DNA of 64,000 nucleotides. Origin: Lama guanicoe (lineage: Eukaryota). The DNA lies in assembly GCA_013239625.1 (NCBI GenBank), contig MU054323.1:18046029-18110028 (forward strand), written 5' to 3'. Position numbers and translations under genes: made by a program. Positions within the stretch are counted from its first letter, which is position 1, and each line of letters begins with the position of its first letter. This document shows positions 11,759 to 25,114 of this stretch, in pieces. The notes under the pieces are model-generated. The model searched no databases. It was not told the origin of the DNA and saw only the letters and a list, made by a program, of their open reading frames with translations.

Positions 11759-12261
11759 GTGAGTCTGTCTAGTGTGTGTCCTCCTTTCCCTCTTCTGTCT
11801 CTTCCTTCGTATCCTTCTCCTCCTGCTCCCTCCAGACCTTTTGGGGTGCCAGCACTGTGTTACACAGACACTCTATCAGGTGCTGGACTATAAAGAGAAA
11901 GAGCACTCCCAACTTTCCAGGAACTTAGTCTAGCTACAGTTTGGAATGGAGATTGAAGCATGGGTTTTCATGGCCTCACCTTCCCAAGGAAAATTGATGT
12001 CAGATGAAAAGGAGATAGTGTTAAGGACTAGAAGTCTTCATTGTGTGGGGTCCAGAGCTCTCTACTAAAAATCAAAGGACCTGGGTCCTACCACTTAGTG
12101 ATGGTAGAGTGACTTGCAATTAATACCTTTTGAAACATACATTTTGTGTCTGAGAAGGAATCCTGAGAAATGAATAGGGAAGATCAAAGGTATTGGATGC
12201 AAATTGCTGAGGTTGATAAAGTGCTTTATAGGAAGAAAGTATTTATTTTAAGAGGGCCCCA

Positions 12262-12710
12262 GCTCATAGCAACAATTACGATAGCCAAAAGGTAGAAACA
12301 ACCCAAATGTCCATCACCTGATGAATGGATAAACAAAATGGGATCTATCTACACAGTGGGAATGTTACTCACCTGTGAAAAATGAAGTACTAATACATGC
12401 TACAGCATGAAGGCATCTCAAAAATCTTTTGCTACACAGAAGCAGCCAGGGACAAAAGATTGCATATTTATATGATTTAATTTATGTAAAGTACCCAGAA
12501 TAGGTTAATCTGTAGAGGAAAGCAGGCTAGTGGATGCCAGGGGATGGGGGAAGGGGGAATGGGAGTGACTAATACCCTTTAACAGGGTTTGCTTCTAGAG
12601 TGAGAGTGCCTTGGAACTAGATGTGAATCTTGTGCAATATTGTGAATATTCTAAATGCCATTGAATTGTACGTTGTATTTTATGTGAATTTTACCCCAAC
12701 TAAAAAAAGT
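12262..12710 (+). mobile_element. L1MB-type 3' end
   Basis: aacaacccaaatgtccatcacctgatgaatggataaacaaaatg ... ttttatgtgaattttacccc + A tail. Confidence 0.85.
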
Positions 12711-13591
12711 GGAAAAAATTATGACACTGGGACTGTTGGTTGTTTAGGATCCTAAATATCTTATGACAGACCGCATGCAACTTTGGCTCTTAGGAAAGAT
12801 CTGGGTAAAAATTATGGGAATTCATTGTCTACTTGAGAATCCGATTGCATTGGAGTGGCTTGTATTATAGTCCAAGGAAAACAATGTTCCCCTTGTCTTG
12901 TATGCCTGGACCCAGGCTCTATTTCAGGGAATGGCTTCCTTATGAGTTTAGAAAACCCATTTTTGTTAGCGAAGTTCAATCATCTTTTCAGCATCTTGGA
13001 CATTAATTTGATATCAGAATTTTTACTTCTGACATTTTACCATTTTTTCCCCTGGGTTTTTTGCTAGGTGAATTATTCCCTGCTAAGGTGAACATAACGT
13101 CCTTAATTTCATCTCCAGATACGATGTGAGTATCACTATTTCATTTCTCTGCTTTGTAGATCAGAAAGTCAGGCTCCGAAGAGCAAATATAATTTAATGG
13201 ACTCTCAACCAGAGACTTCACTGAGGTGAAAAATTGGCATAACAGTCCACTAAATGATGACTAATTATCTCTGAATACATGTACATGCTCCCAGAGTCCT
13301 CTGGGGTCTAAATGTTCACCTGGAAACCAGATGCCTGTTAGGGAAACCCACATCCCTGCCAAGTCTCCATCATCAAACCTTAGTTTTAGCATTTTGGAGG
13401 CCATACATCTAGTCATTGGATAAATGGGTTATTTTCTGCTCTCCAGGGAGCTGATTATGTTTTGCTAGAATTTTCCTTTTCTCCTGAAATGCTTTTTAAA
13501 AACTCTAATGTATAAAAACTCTAATGTCTAATTTTTTGGATTAAAAATTTTTTATTTTGATTGGGGGAAAAAGAAAGGGTCTAGTGTTTAC

Positions 13592-14075
13592 TGGAGTTTT
13601 AGTTTGGTGGCAGAACTCATGGGTAGGATGAATCATGAAAGAGACTTCTGGTTATTTCCCAAGTAGTTGAAATGGTTGGAAGGTGCTGATTTGTCTTCTG
13701 TAACTTGAGGAAATCCTGGAGTCTCACGTGGCCCAGTGCATGTTGATACTGTGTCAAAGAAACAACAATTTAACTTCAGAAGACTTGAACTTTTTGTTGT
13801 TAAGACCGTAAGTTCCTTTAGAAAGGCAGCAGAGGTATTTTAGGGAGCCTGCCATATATACAAGGCTTCCTAAAAATTTAGCGATCTTCCTTTCTTTGTG
13901 GTTTCCAGTTCATGGCAGCTGCTGGAAATGGCTTCCCTCTCTGCATGGCCATGTGTCACTGCTGCCATGTCCCCGGTCCTTCCCTTCAGCGTCTCCTGTG
14001 CTGTGACCTCACACCACTGTCCTCTTCTCTAAAGCCTCTCTCCCCTGTAAGGACCGTCTCCTTGAGTACCACTCC
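13592..14075 (-). pseudogene. Fossil exon candidate (RSGTQGDGPYRGERL*RRGQWCEVTAQETLKGRTGDMAAVTHGHAEREAISSSCHELE...)
   Basis: Acceptor ccctgtccactttccAG; phase 1 in matches upstream candidate; 4 stops in about 160 codons; donor CCA|GTAAAC. Confidence 0.5.
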
Positions 14076-14279
14076 CTGGAAAGTGGACAGGGTGTGCCTT
14101 GACCTGGCCCCCACCCTGTCCCCAGGCTGGTTCCCCAGGCAGTTAGAACTGGCTAGGCCTCTTGCCCACAAAGTGCGGAGTTGCATCTGGGGCCGGAAGC
14201 TGCTGGTGCATAGGGCTGGGGGGCAGCCCCTTGTTTCTATTGGCACCACTTATTTATACAGCAGCTACAAATTCTTTAG

Positions 14280-14510
14280 GAAGAATAGTGGGGAGGCAAA
14301 CAGAACTGCACTAGAAGACCAGAGTCGTGGAAGAGTGTGCAGCAGAGGGTCAAGGGTAGGGGTTCCAGTCTCAGGCAGATTGGGTTTAGGTCCTTCATTT
14401 CTTGGCTGTGTGACCTTTGCAAAGTTCACTTCTTGAAGCACCAGAGTTCTCTTCAAAATGGGTCTCGCCATAGGATGTGTCCTACGGGTGTGGCCCAGAT
14501 CTCGCAGAGG
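14280..14510 (+). mobile_element. MIR SINE
   Basis: ggctgtgtgacctttgcaaagttcacttc core. Confidence 0.65.
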
Positions 14511-14545
14511 AGAGGGCCCCATCCTCTGACCTTGATCTGACTCAC

Positions 14546-15005
14546 TTGCTCCTGGGTCCTCATGGAGTCCTGCCCTCTGAGAAAATGCTTCAGGGTTTCC
14601 CTTCCTTGGGAGTTAGGGGCCCGGAGAACTGGGGATCATCGGTTCTGGTGAGCCACAGAATACCCAAGCAGGTTCTGTTCTTTCCGGCTTCACTCTTCAG
14701 GGCTGCTGGGGGTGGCTCTTTTGTCCCACTCACAGCAGTGAAACAGGTGGGCTGGAGTATAAGTGGTCTGCCACTTGCTTTGTTAGTAACTTTTCACCGC
14801 CTCTGTGTTCATTACTTTCGTTTCCCTGGTAATTATCTGTAAGACCTTCAGTTGAAAAATGGCATCATTGGTGTCAGCTGAGAAGCCGAGAGCCACTACG
14901 TTAAGGGTCATTCAGCCGACTTGGGAGGGTGGCAGGCCCAAGGAATAAAGAACGCAGTGGTGGCACCGGAGAGGAAAGGGAAGTGTGCTGAGTCATTGCA
15001 TCCCG
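14546..15005 (-). pseudogene. Fossil exon candidate (RDAMTQHTSLSSPVPPLRSLFLGPATLPSRLNDP*...GLHEDPGA)
   Basis: Acceptor atttctttctctgaAG, donor CAA|GTGAGT; 460 bp, phase 0 in / 1 out; 6 stops. Confidence 0.5.
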
Positions 15006-16965
15006 CTTCAGAGAAAGAAATCTGTAGATGCCAGACTGGACCTGAGAGGTCTGGTTTTGGATGACGAGTGTGGCCAAGACCAGTGGTGTAACTTGCAGGG
15101 CCCAGAGCAATATGAATGAAGGGCTGCCTTTTCTTGTCTGTACGTCCATGAGGATGGAGAGAGCAAGAACTTGCTGCTAAGAAAGCCAGCAAGTAGTATG
15201 GAGGCGGCAGGAGAGTTCTGTGTGGTTAGTGACCTTGTCCTCCCTCCTCACGGGAACTCTAACAGGTGGCCTGGGAGCGAGTTCTCTGATGTGGAGTGAA
15301 GCCCTGTTTAATATCCCAGGACTTTGGTTTTCTTCAAATCCCAGCAAGCACTGTCATCGTAAGTTCTATAAAAGGGCAGTGACTGTATGGCTGAAGGGGA
15401 GATGATAGAAAATGCCAAGAAATCAAAATGCATCCTTGTCTTTTGAAAGCAGAAAGGTAAACTTGGAGTGGGAGAAAGAAAAGCAGACTTCATAAATAGG
15501 ATTTGCGTTTTAAACAGAATACTTCGTGGTATCTTAAAGCAGATGTCTTCCAGGGAAACAAGCTGTCGCTGAAGGACGGGGGTGTTGGTGTTGTCAGATC
15601 GACTGGTTAGCAAGATTGAGCTTGAGAAACTGCGTTTTCACGATGATCACTGAAGAAAATGCTCTGTTCTAGCTTCCTTAATCCAATAGAGTGTAGTCTG
15701 GAAGTTCTTCTAGAAGTTTTATTTATGTTAAAGAGAAGAAAATATCAAAACTTAGACTTTTTTTTTTTTTTAACAATCCTTACACAGACAGGTTTAACAA
15801 AGTGAGTATCTCATGCAGGGGTTCTTAAGTTTACTAGAAAAGAATGTGTGTGCTGGCTTTAGCCATCTCATGACAAGGCATGGTAAGCTTCCGTTAGTCT
15901 CACTGGTGTTTTTTTGGTTTTGAACTTTTGCGCGTGGGGGCCTCATACCTACTGAGCACAAAATGAGGAAGAAAAAATATCTTAAAGGCTATCAAGGAAT
16001 CCTGCAACTTGAAGTTTTCTGAGTCTACATTGGAATACCGAATTCACCTTGCCCTCTACTTATTTCCTTAAGTAAAGAATGTAATTAATATTATGAGTGG
16101 CCTACTGGTAACCAATGTACTGACTTGTAGAAGACGTTAGAAAACTGGGCTTTAAAAGAAGTCCCACGGGAAAAAGGTGTTCTTTAAAATTCTTCTATGA
16201 AATGTTTAATACAAAAAAAAGCATCTACTAAGAATACTTCAGATTATGACCCAAATAATAAAACTGGGTTTCTCCTCCGATGTAAAAGATGCTCACAGTG
16301 TGACAAGAGTGACCATAATCAGCTATTATTTATTCTAAGGCAGAACCAAATTGGCTGAGGACCAGCTGAATTACGGACAGTGCCAAGAGGCCTTCTGAGG
16401 ATTTGCTGGTGATAGTGAAAGGCAAAGAAAGGACACAGAGAAAGCATTAGAAATACTGATCCATTAAAATGTACAGAGAAATACTGTCTTCCATCTAATG
16501 GTCTGAACAAGTCCTTCCCAGTGTCATTGAGAGCCTGAAGTTTAGGCAGCATGTTCAAAGAGAAACAGAAAGGAAGACTTTACATTTTCAAAATGAAAGA
16601 TCCATTTTTCTAGACCCAGGGAAGGTGCTGTGAAACATTGAGAGTTTGGCCATTTCTGTTGACGAACCATCTTCATTAAGCCCTACCAACAGAGGGCATG
16701 GGGAGGGGGTAAACTGAATGTTTCTATGGCCCAATAAAAGGGATTTTTATAGAGAGTTCTAAAATTGTAGATGCAGAGAGAGTGACACGGAGGCAAAATG
16801 TGCTTGTTTTAAATAGGGCTCTTTAGTGTTTGACAAGCTTCCCACAGGGGTTTGGTGTTTGTTTTCTTTTTACAGTAATGAAGTTCTGACTTAAAGGTAG
16901 AACTAGATAATCTTTAATCTTCTGGGAGAGAGATGACGATGTTTTTGCTTTAACGTATATTAAGA

Positions 16966-17232
16966 GATCAGGAGGTGGGAAGGGACAGACTGGGATTTCA
17001 AAATGTAGAATAAATAAACAAGATTATACTGTATAGCACAGGGGAATATATACAAGATCTTGTGGTAGCTCACAGCAAGAAAAATGTGACAATGAATATA
17101 TGTATGTTCATGTATAACTGAAAAATTGTGCTCTACACTGGAATTTGACACAACATTGTAAAACGACTGTAACTCAATTTTAAAAAGTTAAAAAAATAAA
17201 ATCTCATGTAATAAAAAAAAGATTAAAAAAAA
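16966..17232 (+). mobile_element. Camelid L1 3' end (L1_Vpa-like) with A-rich tail
   Basis: gggaagggacagactgggatttcaaaatgtagaata...caagatcttgtggtagctcacagc...ctggaatttgacacaacattgtaaa, recalled as camelid L1 3' UTR. Confidence 0.85.
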
Positions 17233-17479
17233 ATCTCAAAAGAGTGAGGCTAATGAACTCTCACCCCCATAGAGATGAGGTGGTCAATCAAGGGAAGGTG
17301 GAACACGTGGATTAGGGCGGCTGCTGCACCTTCAGGCTGACTGCCTCGCTGAGTGTGCTGAGCGTGCTGGAATAGAGAAACAGGCTAATAACCGAGGTCC
17401 TACTGCTGGTGATGCAACTCTGAATACCACCATCTTGATTACTGTCTCCTTATAGCTTTCTTTTTTGGGATTCGCTAGT

Positions 17480-17660
17480 CAGTCATTGAGCTAAGAAATT
17501 TATATAAATTATTTAAGCCGTCCTAAAAATTCTATGAGGAATTAATTATCACTATATTATAAACAAGAAATTGAGGATCAGAGAAGTTAAATAACTTGCT
17601 TTAGGTCATGTGGCAAATATAAATATTGTTTGTCTGTTTCCCAGATCCATACCACCTCTG
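17480..17660 (-). mobile_element. MIR SINE
   Basis: aaattgaggatcagagaagttaaataacttgctttaggtca core. Confidence 0.75.
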
Positions 17661-17744
17661 ACCTTTGAGGGATTCCGAAAATGCAGTCAAAGTGTACTCT
17701 TGGCCAACCAGGATAAAAGCCACACTTGCGCTTATCTGGAAAGT

Positions 17745-18290
17745 GGAGTAGACACTAGTTGTTTTTGCCTCTAGCATTTACTTCCCTTCTTAGGAAACAT
17801 ATCTTAGTAGTCCAAATATATCTTAATAGTCTCTCTACCTACTCTTAGTCTATGCATTTCAGGGGAATTTGACTCCATATTTGATTTTGACAATGGAGCC
17901 TGAGACCTGGGCATAAGTCAGTCAAAACATCCCATTCTCCTAGCCAAAGTGGTTGGGTTAGAGATGGACATCTGATCCAGATCTGGCCAATTGGAGTTAA
18001 TGAGACCCAGTTCTGGGACATTGGCTTGTGCGATCACTGAAGCCAATTCATTCTTTTCTGCTAAACTTGAAATTGGAACGTTATAGGCTAGAAATGCTGC
18101 AGTCTCTTGCAGTCCCAAGACGAAAGCCTGTTTGAAGATGAAACCAAGGCAGAAAAAGAGAGAGGAGAGAAATTGGGCTCGGGTCGCATCACTTGAGCCC
18201 TGCTCAAAGCTGTGCTTGAAACTTGTAAGTTGGCCTTTGTAGTTGCTTTGGATTTGGATTTTCTTCACTTGTAAGAAGAGTTTTAAGTCA
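17745..18290 (+). mobile_element. MLT1 (MaLR) LTR, MLT1J/K-like
   Basis: ggccaattggagttaatgagacc...ttggatttggattttcttcacttgtaa typical MLT1 features. Confidence 0.65.
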
Positions 18291-19235
18291 GGTTCTCAGT
18301 GGAATTAGGCAGCTGCTGATCTATCTCTAACTGTCCCACTTTTACTCTGGGTGCTGGTACCCCACACTCAGTCTCTTCTCTGGGTAGCCTCACTCACTAC
18401 TACTTTGTCCCCTTTTGGTAGCTAAGCCAAAGCATTCGCAGGTCTTTGTCTACTGTTCTCAGTGTGGGTCTGTTACTTCCTTTCTTTCCCTCATCTTTTC
18501 TATCGGGTTAGGCAGGTTTTGCTTGTTCTTGGAAATTTATCCCACCTGCTTCTCTTGTTCAAGGTTGTATTCAATTTCGTGTGTTGGATAAAGTTTTTCC
18601 AAAGCAAAACTAAAGACTGCAGGAAAGTTATTCCTTTTATTATAAGGGGATCCAAAATTCCTGGAGGGCTGTAAGACTCTAACAGAGGTTTGTTTATCCA
18701 TTCAACAAGTATTTATCTATCATGCATCTTTATTGTATCAGGTGCTACTCTAGTCACTTCCCTCATGGAGCTTATATCCTAGTGCGGGAGATGGTGAAAA
18801 GATATATACTGAGGGGGAAGAGTGTCTCAGGTAGAAGGAACCACAGTCATAAATCTGTCCTTGTCTATGATACTCTTTGAACATTTTCAAGGCCAAGTTC
18901 AATTTAATGTAATAATTGAAAGCAGTATGTTGTGAAAAGATGTGTAAGAAGCAGTAGACTTACTCTTCAGGCTGGGAAGCAATTCTTGCCTGAGTCTAAC
19001 AGTTGATTAAAAAATAAAGTTGGTCAAGGGGGACAGCGTATTATGTGGCAGGAGCAGTTGAAAAGACTCAGGAAATCCTGGATGTGGACCCAGTTAGGTT
19101 ATGAATGTAAGCCTGGTAGATGTCATTTCATAGGTTATAAAACTGATTCAAAATTAAGTGAAGATGATAATATAACTCTGCCAACCGTTATAGTCGTTCT
19201 GACTTCCACATACTTATGGGAGTTATTGCTGCTAC

Positions 19236-19993
19236 CTGAATGTTGGTATATAAATTCAAGAGATACATATCAGAGAAGAGGACGGGGCGGGAAGGGAAGA
19301 AGAGGAGGAGGGGGGAGGGAGGAAGAAAGATGGAGAAACAGATTGCTTCCTGGTTCCAGATCACCTCTTGTCCCCACTTGCAGTCCTTTTTATGGCCCAA
19401 CCACTCTTCTTGCCTCTTGGATTCTGAGAGACACCTCTGGGTCCTTCTAGTAAAACTTCCCCTTTGTTTCTTCTGGTTTGGGTAGATGTCAGTTCCTGGT
19501 AAACAAGTGATCCTCAGGAGAGGAGAGAATCCTAGGATGGAGATGTAAGAGTTGTATTAAAGTCTAGATTTTCCACCAAATTTAAGAACCACTCTTACAG
19601 CCTTCTTGATAGATGGTGGTTTGGCTTCTGATTGAATACTTCTGCTGTTAGGAAGGTCACTGTAAGCTGAGGAGGTCTGTTCTGTTGTCAAATGGTTATC
19701 TTTAGTTGTTTGAACTTCCTTACATTCATCCAGAGTTACTCTCCTATATTTTCCACCTCCTGCTTGTGGTGTGACATCCAGAGTAGTACAGACTAATGCC
19801 TTTTCTTCAGGATGGTTTTTCCACTCTTGGTGAAGGTTACTGTGCTTTTCACTTCTCTTTTTGGGAGAAGATGACATATATTTTACACATGATATGATAG
19901 TTCACAATGGGGTGACCAGATTGGTACAGAATCTGGATTGTTCCTTCAGTTGTGCTTTGGCTTTATATTCAGATACTGTGCCAACTTGGTTGC
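19236..19993 (-). pseudogene. Fossil exon candidate (NQVGTVSEYKAKAQLKEQSRFCTNLVTPL*TIISCVKYMSSSPKKRSEKHSNLHQEWKNHPEEK...)
   Basis: Acceptor gaattgtccactAG, phase 1; one stop in the first ~145 codons (includes ORF 19557-19877), then a probable frameshift; donor uncertain. Confidence 0.55.
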
Positions 19994-20559
19994 CTAGTGG
20001 ACAATTCAGGTACAATAACCAATGTCCTTCTAAACTACGGTCCCTAGAATTTAGCACAGTGTTTCTGATATATAGGGACCAGTAGAACTGTTGAGGTTCA
20101 TAATTTGAGCACTATTTCTGTCATTTAGCCACTATAAGATAATCGTATCAAGACTTTGATAGTCCGTGCTCTTTGGTTTTCACTGAGCAACGTTTTAACT
20201 GTGGAGTGAGAACCCACCAGAGAAGGATTAAGTTTTAATAATATTGATTGGCATGCAGAGAACATACTTAAATCATTGGCAGCTAATTTCGTATGAATTA
20301 CCCTTTAGTAGGTGAGTCAAAATTGGTATTATGTCATTCTTAGAAAACATAGCTTTGGAGTGGTAAAGAAATTGAACTTTGGAAGAACTGCTGGATATCT
20401 CATCCTGGGCTTGGTCCATCTAACTCTTGGGCTTTCCCATTTCTAATGCACCATATTTTACTACTAAATTAACCTTATTGAAATATTGTTTTGATTATGC
20501 CATTGGCTGTCAGGATTGGATCAACAAGGAGGGGTTTCTTCCCCCCCCCTTCTTTCTTG

Positions 20560-21110
20560 TAGCAAAGTGAAATTTACCATCCAGGTCATCTTACATCATG
20601 TTCTTTTTCAGCCTTCCTTCCTCCTTGGCTGATCTTCATCCTATGGTCCAGCCCAGTTGCTCAACCCTCTGTTCTCTGGGTTTTCCTCACTTTGGCATTT
20701 TGTTTGGTACAATGAAATACCTTCCCTTTTTATTCTGACCATCATGAATCCAATTCATGTTTGGAAAAATGCTGATCCCTCTCTCTGGGATGCTTTCCCA
20801 TGTCTTTCCTATTCACAGTAATTCCTCTGACTTTGTATTCTAATAGCACTTCGTTTACCCTATGTACAGAGTAAGTAGTCATACTCTGCTTTATAAGCGC
20901 TCTTGTGATGCTATATTGGGCACATTAATCTCTTATATGATCATATTTTCCATTTTCTCTCCTATTTCCCCCTAGTAAAACTGAAACATTTAAACGTTCC
21001 AATAAAAAAAAAATTGAGGGCAGGAACCACGTGAGATCTGATGTGTTTGTTTTGAGAGCCCTCAACACAGTGTTCTGCACTTGAGTGCTTGAGAGGAATT
21101 TGTCAGCTGC
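20560..21110 (+). mobile_element. L2 LINE 3' fragment
   Basis: Pyrimidine-rich L2 3' region ending gagggcaggaacc...aacacagtgttctgcacttgagtgct. Confidence 0.55.
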
Positions 21111-21853
21111 TGGTCTTTTAGCTCCAAAATCCAGGGATCATTTAAGGGGAAAGAAATAAGCACATTTCAATGAAGTTAGGATTTAGTGTGTTTTCACACA
21201 CAGAATGTAGGGAGAATCAATATTTTAAATTCTCAGACCTTCTAATAAGTTTTCTGAAAGGAAAAAAAAAAACTTAACTAGGGCCAGTAGTAATGTACCA
21301 CAATCACTAACGTTTCATGTCCTAGGATGTGAAAAATCCTGTCATCATCATGCCTTATAACTCATGGCCATACATACTAGTAAAACGTCCTTAACTTTGA
21401 ACTTCCCACAGACGATAACTTATCTAAAGTGACCCATAACTATGATTTATACTTTGTTCTTTAAGATTGGTATACACACATGTATCTTAATTCTTATTTT
21501 AATGTATGTTTTATGAGCCTAACTCTAGAAATTTACTCTGTATTATTAAATTATAGACAATTCTTGATGCAGATTGACTGAACAAATACTAATACCAAAC
21601 CTCAAAGAAAAATCTTAGATTCGTATGTAGAGTTCATTAGTTTGGGGGGCATGACACTACATGTCCTAAATTTTAGGGGTTCAAATGAATTAAACATGTA
21701 CCTATACTCTCCCCTGCCATCAAGTAAGTTTATGATTTGCAAAGAGTTCTGGAAAATTTCTTCTCCAAGGATTGCATAAGAAGGAAAAAGAAATACTTAC
21801 AGCTAATTCTCTGCCAGAGTTTTCATCAGCTGAAATGGAATTGATCACCTTAC

Positions 21854-22254
21854 ATGTTTCGATGCTAAAGGCTCTTCTGAACTGTTTTGCCCTGTCTCCA
21901 TGAGTTTGGGCTGTACCTGGACTTGTTACTAATCCCTAAATTTCAGGGTTTGAGATCGACATGTTTCAGTAGAATGTCTTTGACAGAATACTTCAGTCTA
22001 TAATGTTTCTGTATTTAAGGAACTCCCACTGGAATGGAAGCAAAGCTGGCATTCCTGGTTGTCTCCAGTGGAAGTCTGCCATGGGATAGGCTAGCTGGTC
22101 ACTGCCTTGGGCTCTGATGGAGGCCGACATTGGAGAGGACCTGGTACCCTGCCCTAGTGGCTCTCTTGGGCATCTTCCTGATGCTCTCTGAGGAATGACA
22201 TTTATTCTAGAACAGCCTTGAGGGTTAAGACTGCTCCGAGGTGGACCTGGGCTC
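21854..22254 (-). pseudogene. Fossil exon candidate (SPGPPRSSLNPQGCSRINVIPQRASGRCPREPLGQG...)
   Basis: Acceptor cagttttccctAG, donor CAT|GTAAGG; best frame phase 2 in / 1 out, compatible with the 19993 acceptor. Confidence 0.5.
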
Positions 22255-22584
22255 CTAGGGAAAACTGGCTTTCTTGCTGGAGGGCTGTGTTTGAAGCTTT
22301 GCCCTTGGTCTGGCCCTTTAGGGGTGCTCGTTTGGAGGTGTACTGGCTGGCCAAGGCTTTTCATGACTCAGTGACTTTCATACTTCCTTAAATATGCTTT
22401 AATACTGACAACATATTTATATAGCTGCTTTGTTTATCAAGTACTTCTTTATTACCACATTGGGTCTTCACAACACTTACAAGGTAGGTAGGGAAGGATT
22501 GCGTGCCCCATATCACTGTTAAGGAAAGTCACTTGGTCAGGATCAAGGTCACGTGAGGGGCAAAGGGCAGAGCTTGATTTAGAA

Positions 22585-22801
22585 CAGGGTTTCTCAGCCT
22601 CAGCACTCTTGACATCTTGGGGCTGAGAATTCTTTGGGCCTGGTGGACTCCTTGTGCCTGGTAGGATTTGGCAGTATTCTGGCCTTTATCTACTCTAGGC
22701 CAGTTGTTAACTGCCCTCTGTCCCAAGTTGTGACACTGAGTGTCTCTAGATGTCACCACACGTCCTCTGGGAGCAGTACTGCCCCTGGTTGGGAACCGCT
22801 G
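22585..22801 (+). mobile_element. MER20 hAT-Charlie DNA transposon next to a MIR (about 22400-22580)
   Basis: cagggtttctcagcctcagcact...ggttgggaaccgctg; 8-bp TSD ATTTAGAA/ATCTAGAA. Confidence 0.9.
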
Positions 22802-23654
22802 ATCTAGAATAGAGGTATTTCCCACTTTAAATGTAGGTTATTTTCACACTGCTGGAGAAGTCCTATGTTGCTTAGTCTTGCATAGTGCAGTAGTCACAAA
22901 ATTAGAGCCTTTTTACAACTAGGAGAAACCTTATGTATAATAAACTGTCCTGATTAAAGTGAGAAATGACTTTCACACTTTAAGTGAATCCTTTTTTGAT
23001 CCCTCTGCTGCAAGAATGAGCATCAATTACTTGTTTTCCATAAGAGTGGTGAAGTAGGACCCCAAGCTCCTTTCTCCAGTCCACTAATTGTTCATTGCAT
23101 GGAATGTTCATTGTAATTACCACTTAATTGAATATGCAGGGAATGTCTTATTGTACAATGTGTTCTGTTTAACGTGCCATGCTTGCCTTAAAGAAGTTAA
23201 CATTCTACCAACTCAGTAAAATAACCAAGGATATAAAGTCTGCTCTTGATCCCTGGTAATAGTTTAGGCTTCATTTAATGTTCAAGAGATGAATAAGATG
23301 CAATTCAATTGACTTTAAGTACTTAACCGAGCATCCATTATGTGCAAGACCCTGAACCAGGAACCAGAATGAATCACATGGCATCTGCCTTCCAGGGATT
23401 CGAATCCTTTCCAGGCATCAGTGGGATGCCATTAAGTTGTACTGTTAAATGGATGGTAGGATGGGCTCTGGAAGCATGAGCGTGTGAGAGGGATTTGGTG
23501 AGTAAAAAAAACAAAAACAAGCTACTCAGGGACTTCAAAGTAATATAAGAATAGGAAAGAGAAGTAAGCCATAGTCTCATAAAATCAAAGAATGGATTCT
23601 GTGTTGGACAATGTAATTCAAAGCATTTGGTTATAACTATTGGGTCACATGTAT

Positions 23655-23830
23655 TTTTTCCCCAGCTTCATTGAGATGTAATTGTCATGCAGCACTGTAG
23701 GTTTGCAGTGTGCAACATGTCGATTTGATACATTTACATGTTGCACAATGATAACCATCCTAGTACAAACTTAACACCTGCACCAGATCACATTATTAAC
23801 ATTTCATTGTCACACGTATTATTTCTTAAA
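23655..23830 (-). mobile_element. L1MA9-like 3' end
   Basis: ttttcccagcttcattgagatgtaattg...catgtcgatttgatacatttaca. Confidence 0.75.
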
Positions 23831-23849
23831 GTTGCATCTTTGTTTATCA

Positions 23850-24141
23850 AGTGTGGTAAGTCATATACATAATGCCTTAAACAGTGATAAGGTTTATAGC
23901 CTGTCTGTGGAGGTTTGTTTTCCACTGTCAGTCTCCTTTAGAGGGCTCCGCGGGGTGGGAGTCTACAACAGCCAGATCTTTTGGGACAAGGAACAGCCAG
24001 AACCAAACTCTGAATAAAGTCGGTGATTTTTATGAGGTATGAAGACTTTTTCTGGGAGCCGTGCCCACAGGGAAGATGGAAGGAAGGAAATTAAATCTGA
24101 AAGTATATCATCAAGTACATTTTGTTTCCCACACGTACAGT
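23850..24141 (-). pseudogene. Fossil exon candidate (DCTCGKQNVLDDILSDLISFLPSSLWARLPEKVFIPHKNHRLYSEFGSG...)
   Basis: Strong acceptor ctcccttttctatacAG; about 60 open codons then scattered stops; 3' end abuts L1 fragment. Confidence 0.5.
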
Positions 24142-24749
24142 CTGTATAGAAAAGGGAGTGACATAAAGGGACTAGATTAGCTAAGGGTAGAATTTTATTC
24201 AAAACGTTTGTTTTTTTTCAGTGAGTTATAAAATTGCAGAAAATGAAATTGCAAAAGAAAAACCTGGGCTGTGACAAGGTTACACATTTGGTTGGACTGA
24301 GCTTATTCTGTTGGGCTGTATGCTCAGCTCCTGGAAAACCGGGAGATGGAGGAAGAGGCCAGGAGAAGGGGTTGGGGGAGTTAGCGTTGCTTAAGCATTT
24401 ACTATGTTCTAGATGATATAATGTATGTTAAACAATTCGGTTTCATAACAGCCTCTGAACCAGGTGGTGTTGGCTCTACTTTTGCAGGAGAGAACTCGGA
24501 TAAGCTCAGAGAAACCATTTAATTTGTGACTGGACTACACCCGGGTCTGTCTCATGCTAAAGCCTAATCTGGTTCCTGTAATGACTGCGTCATCAATGGC
24601 AGCTTGTATGTCCTGATGATTACCTTTATCTCATAGACCTTGTAGCAGTTTCATGCCAGTTGATGCCCAGGAGATGCCTACTTAGTGATAATCAGTCCCC
24701 TCTATCCCCTTCCTTTCCTGCTTCCAGAATGGTTGGGTCTCCACTGGGC

Positions 24750-25000
24750 CAGTCACAGGATCAGCAGGAGAGCCGAGGTCCGATGGGGCTGTTTCCAAAC
24801 GCCAGCTCTGCCACTGGGCAGCTCTGTGACCTCAGATAAGTTTCTTAACCACTCTCAGCTGCAGTTTCTTTATGTCAGACCTAAGCAGTATTATTTTCCA
24901 GGGCTTCTGTGTGGGTTAAGTGTGGTCTGGGGTGTGTAAAAACATGGGCTGCAGTGCCCAGTGTCTCAGAGATGTCCAGTCACTGAGAGCTCCTGATGCT
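24750..25000 (+). mobile_element. MIR SINE
   Basis: gctctgccactgggcagctctgtgacctcagataagtttcttaaccactctc. Confidence 0.75.
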
Positions 25001-25114
25001 AACAGCTGTGGAGGAGGGAGAAGAGAGTTGTCACTGTGGCTTCCATCGGCTTTTCCATCTTCTCTGTAAGATGTAGCTCTAGAATAATCTATTTCACTCT
25101 TTCTGAATTCTTAC

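Noticed and set aside
13498..13527. AAAAACTCTAATGT direct repeat
   Set aside because: Two copies only; an ordinary slippage duplication, not an array.
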